From assembly GCA_937625935.1 (NCBI GenBank), contig OW569358.1, forward strand, positions 310,001-374,000: a DNA stretch of 64,000 nucleotides. Reading direction: 5' to 3'. Shown here in pieces: positions 22,564-33,209 of the stretch. Positions within the stretch are counted from its first letter, which is position 1, and each line of letters begins with the position of its first letter. The translations under genes and the position numbers were made by a program. Under the pieces are notes generated by a model that saw only the letters and a list, made by a program, of their open reading frames with translations, did not search any database and was not told the origin of the DNA. Source of the stretch: Tetramitus jugosus. Taxonomy: Eukaryota > Protista > Heterolobosea.

Positions 22564-22640
22564 TCAAAAACACAACTACTACTAAAAGCAACAATAAACA
22601 AACCAATAAACGGATTGGATATCCACATGAATTCATCTAT

Positions 22641-23549
22641 TTATTGATCTTGATAAGTTGGTGGTTGAGGAGCATACATTTGTTGTTCGACAGGTTGTGC
22701 ATATGCAGGTTGTGGTTGATTTGGATCCACCATGATCATTGGCTGTTGTTGAACATACATATGTTGCTCAACAGGTTGTTGAGTCCACTGTTGCTGTGGC
22801 TGAGCGTGTTGTTGATGCGGTGGTTGAGCACTGGCCATCATCACATATTGCTGTTGTGGTTGAACAGGCTGAGGATGCTGTGGTTGAACAGGTGCAGCTT
22901 GCACAGGAGCAGATCCTGACTTTGCTGCTGCCAAATGCTGATTCAACAAGTTGCATCTCGTCTCAGCAGTGGATTGAGGCTCAGGTGGTGAAACCTCCAC
23001 AGTCTTTCCGTCATCCAAGTTCAAAATGACGACTTTGCCTGGTTGACCATCGACATTGCCACCAGAGGAGACCATGGCAGCAGAGACGACTCTCGCATAG
23101 GGAACAGTAGTCAATCTCTTGGTACCGTTTGTCAGAGCTCCCACCTTTCTCACTTCAATATTGCCTGTGGCATCATTAAAGTCAAGTGATGTTGCTTGTT
23201 GACTGAGAGCTAAGAAGCAGCAACTGACCCAGCAAATTAAGCAACCAATCCAGTTGATGACAGCAAGAACGATACCAATGATCAAGAAGACGGATGCCTT
23301 GTTGTTTGGAATCTTGTAGTAGAATCTATAGATTTTTATGTGTGTGTTTGTGGTGTTTCAAGTATGAAGAAGTAGAATGAGAGAGCTACAGTGTGAGATT
23401 TCATATTTTGGAAGAATGAGCCCATGAAAAAAAAAACGAATCAAAAAGCTCACAAATCATAAAGAGAGGGCCTAGAGTCAAATAATATTGACAAAAGTAG
23501 CACACAGCACGTACCTACCACCAGTTGGTGAATTACCCGCACCTAGCAT
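22641..23549 (-). CDS. Small membrane protein with Q/P-rich tail, tandem paralog A. Exons 23549..23515 and 23325..22641
   Basis: Spliced protein MLGAGNSPTGGR|FYYKIPNNKASVFLIIGIV... uses a phase-2 GTACGT..TAG intron. Strong similarity to the neighbouring gene. Confidence 0.85.
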
Positions 23550-23813
23550 ATTATTGTTGAAGTGTGATTGTTTTTTTTTGATTGTGTATGTGTTGCGCAA
23601 ATTGAGAGGAGTCGTAACCCATCACCAAATGAAGAGAGATGTTTGCCAACTTGCCACACAAAGTTCGCAGGCTGCAATAATGAACGCCTGTCACTCTCGC
23701 CTAAAATCCCGCTGCGCGTACAGAAATTCTGTTTGGTCATGCCTCAAAAAAGTAAATCGGCAAATCTTGAATGTATGTAAACCGAACGAACCCAACTGAC
23801 AAATTTATTGAAT

Positions 23814-24527
23814 TTAAACCTGAGGGGTGTATGGTTGTTGTTGCTGTTGTTGTGGGTCAACATATTGTGGTTGTTGTGGATCAACATACTGTGGTTGAAC
23901 TGGTTGAGCATATTGTGGTTGTGGTTGTTGTTGAACCACTGGAGCTGAAGCTTGTTGTTGTTGTGCAGGGACACCGTTCTTTGCATCGGCCAAGTGTTGG
24001 TTAACCAAGGCAACTCTAGTCTCAGCAAGAGTTTGAGGCTCTGCTGCAGAGATGTGAACAGAGGTACCGTCGCTCAATGTCAAAACGACAATCTTTCCTG
24101 GTTGACCTCCAACAACGGATCCACTGTCAATCAATGCTGCACTGACAGCAGAGGCATAAGGAACCAACTTGTGTTCAGCAACACTACCCAAGAGAGTACC
24201 AACCTTCTTTACTTCAACGTTGCCAGTAGCGTCGTTAAAGTCAACAGAGTAGGACTGTTGTTGAGTGGCCAAGAAGCAGAAAGCAGCCCAGCAGATGAAG
24301 AAGGCAATCCAGTTGATCACGAAGAAGACGAGACCAATGATCACGAGAATGATAGCCTTTTCATTTTGAGTTTTGTAGAAGAATCTGAATTTTTCACACA
24401 CAATCACATATAAAAGGTGTTAGGACAAGAGAGCTCACTTCAACAAGCAGACAAAATTCGAGTGTGTCACTGAATAAACATACCTTCCGTTAGTTGGGGA
24501 AGCACCGGAACCAATACCTTGAGCCAT
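23814..24527 (-). CDS. Small membrane protein with Q/P/Y-rich tail, tandem paralog B. Exons 24527..24484 and 24384..23814
   Basis: Spliced protein MAQGIGSGASPTNGR|FFYKTQNEKAII... has the same intron position and phase as paralog A. Shared motifs DFNDATGN.EV.KVG and GQPGK.V.L. Confidence 0.85.
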
Positions 24528-25566
24528 TGTTTATACGAGTGTTACTAGTATGAATTTGTTGTGAAGTGTGTGTTTTTCAAATATTGACAGCAAAAAGTAA
24601 TCCTGTTTTCTTTCTGGGAGACAACGGGAAGCCTTGTTGAGTTCGCAGCAACGACAATTCTCAGCCGTCACAGACCCCCTCAAATCTGTTTTTCCGATAC
24701 CCATAGAAAAACCACAAAACAGGCAATCAGGGAATTAGAATCAAAGTTGTAAGGCAGCGAATCAGATGAAAAAAACAGCTGTCAAGTGTTTTGAAACACA
24801 GGACGCTTTTTTAACATCGACATGAACTTTTCTCAGCATCTACTGATCGTGATGTAATTCTGATTGTAATCTAATTATTCCACATTCAAGAGATGCGATG
24901 AGTTCTCCACCGACAGCCGGCTCAGTGCATTGCACATGCAACACAAAACGCACACAAAAAATCGTAAGGTTAGATTAGGGTAATCAAGTACGCGCAGTAC
25001 GTTAAGTCGCAGGAAGATAAAATGCGATCGCATGGTCCCTTTGCACACGTTGTTTGCCTGAATAAAAAGCTCTTAACTCAGTTACATGGACAGATTCACC
25101 GAAATTATGGCCAAAATGAAGATTGGTAAACATAATGTAAAGGATTTGCAAGCATTGACAAAATCACAGTCAGATGCGTTTGACTACATGGGCTAACCAC
25201 TGTCAATGACCAAAATGATGGTCGAAGACAAGAATCGATAGTACGCACCAATTTTTTTCATCATCGCCATATCTCATTTCTGTTGGAAAGGTAGGACAAC
25301 TTAATTTTAAACAATGCTACTCTAACGTCCAGAAAGAAACTCATCTAAGTGCCTTACAGTGATGATTTTTTGTATCTTGGGGTGGAGTGATGGTCCAGCC
25401 GTTTATATTTTGTAGATGCGCACAAATCGCCCAAAAATCGAATGGAAACAGCTAAGAATACACTCAAAAACCCCTGCCTTGGGGGGATTGTTTTTCTCTC
25501 CGGTATCCCAATTCCAACAACAACGCAACGCACCAAAGAACCAGAATCAGAAAAACAAAAAACACA

Positions 25567-27075
25567 ATGTCCACCGCCACCACATCATCATCAGCGAACC
25601 AAATTGCATCGACAGTCGCTACTCTTCGCAAAAACTTTCTCACTGGCGTCACCAAAAGCTATGAATGGCGTATTGAGCAACTCAACCAACTCAAGAAGCT
25701 TCTCAAAGACAACACACATCGCTTCGAAGACGCTCTCCATCAAGATTTGCGTCAGGCAAGGTTATTGAAAATGGTAGAAGTGTACAATCCCATTCTAGAG
25801 TGTGAGGATGCCATTGCCAACCTTAAAGATTGGATGAAACCAGAGCATACAGTGGTTCGTTCCATTTCGAATCAACCAGCAAAGGCCTACACGATCAGAG
25901 AACCATTGGGAACCATATTGATGATTTCACCTTGGAACTATCCCATTTCACTCGTTGTAAAGCCATTGGTCGGAGCAATTGCAGCGGGAAATAATGTGAT
26001 TATTAAGCCGAGTGAAGTGGCGCCTGCGTGCAGTCGATTATTTGCAGAATTGGTGCCCCTGTATATGGACGAGAACAATGTCAAGGTGATTGAGGGAGCT
26101 GTCGAAGAAACGACACAATTGTTGAAGCAACGTTTCGATCACATCATGTACACTGGAAATACGGCAGTTGGAAAAATTGTCATGAGAGCTGCGAGTGAGC
26201 ATTTGACGCCAGTTACGTTGGAACTCGGTGGAAAATCACCTGTTATTATTACAAAGAAGGCAAACATTGATTTGGCTGCAAAGAGAATCACTTGGGCCAA
26301 GTTTACCAATCTGGGTCAAACGTGTGTCGCTCCGGATTATGCACTGATTGATTCGTCTGTCAAGAGTGAGTTTTTGGATCGAATGAATCACTATGTCAAG
26401 GAATTTTATGGTAGTGATGTTCAGAAGAGTCCAGACTACTCTAGAATCATCAATGAGAGACATTGTGATCGTATTCAGGGATTGTTGAACGGTCATGGTG
26501 GTAAGGTGGTCATGGGAGGAGATGTTGACAAGTCGGATCGTTATGTAGCTCCAACTATTGTCATTGATCCATCCAAGGACTCAAAACTGATGCAAGAGGA
26601 GATTTTCGGTCCTGTGTTGCCAGTTTTGACCATTAATAACCTCGATGAAGCAATTGAATACATTAATGACAATGAGAAGCCTTTGGCACTGTACTTGTTC
26701 TCATCTGATTCAGGAGAGAAGAACAAGGTGGTGAAGGAGACATCTTCCGGTGCTCTATCAATCAATGATCTCGTTCTTCATGTTCATGTTTCTGAACTGC
26801 CATTTGGAGGTGTCGGCCACTCTGGCATGGGTGCTTACAACAGCAAGAGAACTTTCGATACGTTCTCTCATGAGAAGCCAGTGTTGGAAAAGGCCACTTG
26901 GTTAGATCCATACATTCGTTATCCACCTTACAATGACACCAAGATCAAGCTGCTCAAGGCTTCATATATGAACCTCTCTCTGGATAATTTATTCTTCAAG
27001 TATATTCCATTGACGATACTGCTGACTGGAGCCATTGTTTTCTCCTACGTGGCTCTACTCAGTGGAAAGTTCTAA
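25567..27075 (+). CDS. ALDH3: Aldehyde dehydrogenase family 3 (fatty aldehyde dehydrogenase-like, C-terminal membrane anchor)
   Basis: SPWNYP, KPSE, LELGGKSP, catalytic GQTCVAPD, EEIFGP and PFGGVG motifs, with a hydrophobic C-terminal tail. Confidence 0.95.
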   Translation: MSTATTSSSANQIASTVATLRKNFLTGVTKSYEWRIEQLNQLKKLLKDNTHRFEDALHQDLRQARLLKMVEVYNPILECEDAIANLKDWMKPEHTVVRSISNQPAKAYTIREPLGTILMISPWNYPISLVVKPLVGAIAAGNNVIIKPSEVAPACSRLFAELVPLYMDENNVKVIEGAVEETTQLLKQRFDHIMYTGNTAVGKIVMRAASEHLTPVTLELGGKSPVIITKKANIDLAAKRITWAKFTNLGQTCVAPDYALIDSSVKSEFLDRMNHYVKEFYGSDVQKSPDYSRIINERHCDRIQGLLNGHGGKVVMGGDVDKSDRYVAPTIVIDPSKDSKLMQEEIFGPVLPVLTINNLDEAIEYINDNEKPLALYLFSSDSGEKNKVVKETSSGALSINDLVLHVHVSELPFGGVGHSGMGAYNSKRTFDTFSHEKPVLEKATWLDPYIRYPPYNDTKIKLLKASYMNLSLDNLFFKYIPLTILLTGAIVFSYVALLSGKF

Positions 27076-27113
27076 ATGTGATGAATGATCCTTCGTGTAA
27101 TAAATACAATGTT

Positions 27114-28722
27114 TTATTTTCTCCGTTTGGTTGCTGGCTCGTTTGTGGGTGCTGCTTGTCGCTTCCTTGCTTGAGTGTTCTGGGCTGGTCTAGTTGGTGG
27201 TTGTGATCCAGAGATCTGTGGATTCACAGGTGGATGTGGTTGATTGGACCCCGCAACTGGATGTGATGGTGCATACCGTCCTGCAGTTGGATGTTGTGCC
27301 GGCTTCTGTGGTGGTGCGGACTGTTTCGCATGAGGCATGGTTCCAGTAGGTGGTACATTCGGTGGATTCGTACTTAGATAAGATGGATGTTGTATTGGCA
27401 CTTGCTGATCAGGCGGTGGCGCATTTACATTCTCTGTTTCACTCTTTTGCTTCTTCTCATCCGTCACGGTATGCTCAGGGTACATGAACGTTCGCTCCCT
27501 TCCAAAGCAACTCAGCGAAGGTTGTGGCTGTTCATCAAAGAACGGATGCTTGAGTGCCTCTCGTGCAGTGATTCTCTGCTGTGGATCATACGTCAGCAAT
27601 CGTTTCAATAAATCGAATGCATGCTTCTTTGGATCGAGCTTTGTGAACGCATGCAGCTGAGAATGATACTTTGGATAGTTTTGAATGTGATGATATTCGG
27701 GTAAATCAGGCAATGTTGGCCACATTTCCACCGTAGGCGAGCCAAGAATCTTAAAAATGTACTCGACTTGATACTTTTGGAACGGGTTCTGATTGTGCTC
27801 ATTCTTGACTTCCTTTCCATCAAACAGTGCCTTTCCCGTGACCAACTCATTAAAAATACAGCCGACAGCCCACATGTCAATCGCAGGAGTGTAGTGCTTT
27901 GCACCCAACAAGATTTCTGGTGCACGATACCAAATGGTCACAACAGGACCGTCGTCTCCCAACTTTCGAATCGGATCCTTGAATATTCTCGCCAGACCAA
28001 AATCAGCAATCTTCACCGTACCGTACTCACCATCATCATCGTTCAACAATATGTTTGCCGGTTTCAAATCTCGATGTATAATCCAATTGGCATGCAAGTA
28101 CTCTATGCCTCTCAAGATTTGCCACAGAATACTCTTGACCACTGGTTGATCCAACCGCTTTGGCAGTGGAACTCTCTTGTTGGAGTAGGGCAACGGAGGT
28201 CTCCTGTTCTGCTGTTGTTGCTGCTGAGCATAGTAGACACTGACATCGATTGGCTTCTCAAACACGTTCAACTGCAGTTCCTTATTGTGATACTTTAACA
28301 ATTTCTCCAAGTCTAATTTACAATAGTTGCACACCATGACCAGGGATCGATCATTGGGCTCAAACACCACATCTCTCACCTTTAAAATATTTTCATGATC
28401 CAACTCTCTCAATAACTAATAATAACATTGGATATCAATCAATCAATCAATTAATTATCCATGACACATAAGAAGAAGAAATGATTTTTTTTTCTCGAAA
28501 GCTTACATTGATTTCTCTGCACACAGTGATGGGAATACCTTCACCTTCTCTCGTGAGCTTAAACTTGAAGCTTTTCATGGCCACTTGTTGACTGTTTGAT
28601 TCTCTGTCACGTGCCAATCGAACAATACCATATGCTCCCTCACCAATCTTTCCAATGACATCGTATCGCTTCACAAAATTCTCATACTTGAACTGAGATT
28701 TATCGCGTAGTCGTGAAGTCAT
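27114..28722 (-). CDS. CDK8: Cyclin-dependent kinase 8 (Mediator kinase). Exons 28722..28507 and 28415..27114
   Basis: GEGAYG, GIPITVCREI|LLREL, HRDLKPANILL, DFGLARIF and VVTIWYRAPEILLGAKHYT. Intron is GTAAGC..TAG. Confidence 0.9.
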
Positions 28723-28865
28723 GTTAGTGGAAGCAGAGAATCGATTTTTTTTGATTGCACCCTGAGAGCAAAAATGTTTGATTCCTGGTTTTGGTGGAAG
28801 AAAAAAAATTGTTTTCGGTGTCAGGGAATACAATGATGTGTTGATGCAGTTTATTTCATTCTTAG

Positions 28866-31800
28866 TTAGAGGGTGATGCTCTGTTCGTGAACATTAATTG
28901 TGTAATTGTCATTCAGTTCCTTGAGCCTTTGTTCTCTCAGTTCGGTCAGTGACTGTTCATCGTGATCTGGCTTTTGCTCTCCACTCTCGTTCTTGGCCTC
29001 TTTGGCTTCCTGAGCTTCCTTCTCTTGTTGATCCTTCTTTGCAGCAATTCTCAATCGGGTAGAGAACTCAGCTCTCAATACAGCTTCATGAAGGGATGGA
29101 AAACAGCTCTTTCTGAAGACGTTGTAAGCACCACCACATTTCAATACGTCCTTGATTGATTTCTTGAGTCCAGCAGTGTAGAACTCAATCTGTTCATTGT
29201 CCAAGAATTTCTTCAAATCAACAAAGGTACCAACAGCTGTGGAGTCAGACTGATTGATACTGGAGCAGTCAAGAACGACAGCGTACACAGTCCATGGTGC
29301 TTTTCTGATGAGTTTGTTGATTCTGTGTCTAAAGTAGGTAATATTGGCAAAGTACAAATCGGCATCAAATCTCATGATAAGAACACCAGGGGTATCGATA
29401 ACGTCCTTTGATTTCTTCGATTCCTCATACATATTAGTACCTGGCACTCTACCCAACTTGTTAAATCTAGGTCGAGTAGTACGATAGACCACCAAGGCCA
29501 TGGAAGCGGCGATACCGATGAGAATACCTTCTGCAATACCAATGAACAAGGTACAGAAGAATGCAATAAATAGAAGGAAGAAATCTCTCTTCTTCACCTT
29601 GTAGGTAAAGAACATTTGCTCGTAATCGAAAATCTTCTTACAAGAGTACATGATAATAGCAGCAAGGGCAGGCTAGTAATGATAATCAAACAAGGAATCA
29701 ATGAAAGAGTCAGCATGAATGTCAGACAAAAAAGCACAATAAATTCAAAGGGAATGGAAAAACAAACCTTTGGTAGATAGTATGTCAATGGAGTCAAAAA
29801 GAGTAGTGTCAAAACAACACAAATTCCACTGATGAATCCACATAATTGAGTTCTGGCACCAGAGTTTGCATTGACAACAGTTCTTGGCATAGAACCAGAT
29901 CCAGGGAACACCTTGATCCAACTTCCAATCAAATTACTGGCTCCAATAGCAATCAATTCCTGGTTATAATCCAATTCGTAACCGTTTTGCAGTGCATAGA
30001 ATTTACCAATAGAAATGGCCTCCAAGTAACCGACGAGACCAATAGGAATACAGAGTGTTAACAACTCTCTGAATGATGTTTTTGCTGTCGCCTCCCTCAA
30101 GTGAGGCAAACCAATAGTTGGTAGACCTGATGGCACATTACCAACAATCTTGATTCCATTCACAGTGTGATTATGCTCATCCAATTTTCCTGTAGCCTTC
30201 TTCAAGATGGACATGGAGACAATGGCCACAACTACAAGTGCCAAAACACCGGGAATCTTGTGCAATGAGAAATGACGAGGCAAGTTGAATTCTTTTCCAA
30301 ACAACTTGACCTTTCTCTGCTTCTTGAGTGAGAAGTGGAACTTGTCGAAAAATAGGAGGAATACGAGACAACATAGACCCAACAGCAACGAAGGGACATG
30401 AATCTCATTGATCGCTTCAGCCAAATTTCTGATTGATGCATGGAGTCTCGTATCTTGTGGCATATGCAATCCAAGCAAATAATTCATCTGAGAAAACAAA
30501 ATAATAATAGCAGAGGCCGAAGTGAAACCACTCAACACTGGATAACTCATAAAATTCACAAGATAACCAAGTCTCAAAACACCACAGATAAATTGCATTG
30601 AACCAATCACCAAACCAAACAGTAAAGCATAGGCAATGAAGAGTTCGCTACCTGCTTCTGGCTTGACAGTCAACTTTCTCAAGCCATCAGCAAGCACAAT
30701 CGAGCAAAGAGCAGTTGGACCCATGGCCAACTGCTTTGAAGTACCAGTTATACTATAGACAAACAATGGAATCAAAGCGGCATACAATCCATAAACTATT
30801 CAAATGACAAAAAAAGTCAGATAAGCTTCACAACAACAACAAAATAATAAAAGCTTAGGACTAATGAGTGATACATACTTGGTGGTGTTCCTACAATCAT
30901 CGCATAACCCATACCCTGTGGAATCAACATCGCACCAATGGTCACACCCGCAATGATATCATTCTTAATCAAATTAAGAAAATCAAATCTATATTCTGGC
31001 AACCAGTTCAACACTGGGAAAAAGTTGGACAAGAATTTGATGACTCTTCTCCACAATGGCAAACTCACTTGTTCCTTTGTTTGAATTTCATCGTGCAAAT
31101 TCACAACTTCAGCCTTTTGTTCCAATGATTTGACTTCATGTTGTTGAATGGTGGCATTTTGCTCTGCATCAACAGAGTCAAACAAATCACCAACTTCATC
31201 CTTCAAGAAGAACATTTGACTCTTATCGACAGCCAATTCTTGATATTTTCTGGCCATTGGAGCCAACTCATGCTGACTTTGATGAAACTCGAACAATTCT
31301 GTAAATGATAACGGCGGCAAATACAAAAAAACAAGCACAGGGTGTGAGCTAAAAAAATTCCATTCACATTGTTCCAAAAAATGGTGGAAAAAAATCAACA
31401 AGAACAACGGACAAGCAGCATACATACCATCCTTATATCTGGTGTTCAAATGGAACTTTGCTTGCTTAATCAAGTTCTCATACTCTGTAGCGTCATTGGA
31501 TGGCATCTTCTCCAACTTGTCAACCAACTGTTCAAACATTTGATTGTAATAGGCGGTGAAAGCAAATTCATCACGAATCACATTCTCCAACATCAAATGA
31601 TTCTTAAGCTTCTCTAACAATAGCTTGTAATACTCATCAACGATATCAAGCACCTTGTTTGGTTCTTCTTCGTCACTCGATGCATAAAAACCCTTGTTTA
31701 TTCTTCTTCCTCTGGTGACTGCAGATGTGTTGGTGTCATCTGCTTCCTCTTCATACATGGTGGCTCTCACAAATTGATTCTGATGTTGTTGTTGATTTTC

Positions 31801-31941
31801 GTCATGAATATTCAAAGTGTGATCATTGCTGTACTGGTGGTGATGATGATGATGGGTGTTGTGGTTGTTATGGTTGTTGTCAGTGGCATAAGGCCGTCCA
31901 AAGCCATGCTCCTCATCAATGTCTATGGATTCATTTCGCAT
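28866..31941 (-). CDS. SLC26/SulP anion transporter with STAS domain. Exons 31941..31428, 31298..30879, 30795..29768, 29672..28866
   Basis: Spliced motifs DIIAGVTIGAMLIPQGMGYA, PPIYGLY, SGFTSASA, NQELIAIG and STAS FDADLYFAN..LDCSSINQSD. All three introns preserve the frame. Confidence 0.93.
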
Positions 31942-32259
31942 TATCTTTCACTCTCTCTGTAACTGGTCGTGTTGGTGAGTGACTGTTTCGTGTTCTTGGT
32001 TGGTTTTGTTGCGGTAGAAGTTGTTTGTGATGAACGAACGTGTTTTTTGAGTGTTGTTTGGACAATCTTGGCCACTAATATCTTGCCCCGGTCCAAAAAA
32101 TGTGCCTCATCGGCAAAGCCGCCCTGTCGGGGTGTGTGAATGGCGTGTTTTTCGCGCATTCAGATTCCTTTGAACCTTTTCCCGACAGATTCTTCTTGTC
32201 TGTGTGAAATGCGCGAAAACTCAAAAATCTCTGTTCTCCCGACCGGCAATCGATTGGCC

Positions 32260-32776
32260 AAGCTTATCCAAGAGGTGCGCAGTGACTTGCTTCATGAATT
32301 CAAAGCACCAAAGCTCAAAGTCAAATCACAGGACCACCTAATTAGAGTTGAATTCGCGTGATGATATTCATTAACACATGTAAATGAACATGCGCAAAGA
32401 CTCAAATGTTGAGAAGAAAACTGGAAAAGGAGAAGTAAAGAGACACCATATGACACTATGAGTCAATGACAGAAATGATTGTTCCAGAGTCGTCAGAACT
32501 CGTGGAAGAAAACAAAGAGTACGGTCGGTTCAATGTTGTGATGATGAGGAAGGTTACAGAATTTTGAAGCTGAATGTAGGAAGAGAAAATACTTGGCTCG
32601 AACCTTTGAATACAATGAAGAGCTTCAAGAACTGAATGATAAAAATTATCAAGATATGGAGGCTCAAATATCTAACCTGGAAAAGCAACTGCTACCACAT
32701 ACAGTGACTCCTTTCCTGCAACGAGGGTTCACGTGAAAGCCATTCGAGCCTTTGTTGAAACTGTTTTGAGATGGGT
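32260..32776 (+). pseudogene. Decayed V-type ATPase subunit C (VMA5/ATP6V1C) pseudogene
   Basis: Fragments in different frames, in the correct order: HEFKAPKLKVKSQDHL; HYESMTEMIVPESSELVEENKEYGRFNVVMMRKV; ECRKRKYLARTFEYNEE; VHVKAIRAFVETVLRW. Frameshifts, stops and large deletions separate them. Confidence 0.85.
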
Positions 32777-33209
32777 ATATGACCATTCTCTTATGAAACT
32801 GTGATGCACTCGCGCAACTTTCTTGTTTTGCTGTAAAACTGAAACAGAAGCGGAACTTGCCACTTTTAATTAACTGTAGACCAAGAAATCTGCCGCATAA
32901 AGCCCGGTAATTTCGCACACAAGGATCACGTCAGTCATCTGTCATGACCCTTTGTCAACTACTGGATAGCAAAGCCATCCCAGGCACCAACAACCAAAAT
33001 AATCACAATTAGCTTGTCTGCTTACGTAGTGACATCATCCCTTCAGTGACATCCTCAATTCCCACCGTTCATCACCAAAAACAACCAACGCATTCGCCCA
33101 CTCAACGAGAAAAAAACCCCCAATTCTTCTTTCGCAACCAATCAACAAAAAGTCACAAAACAACCAAGAACAGCAAAACACCAACAACAAAACAAAAACA
33201 ACAACAAAC

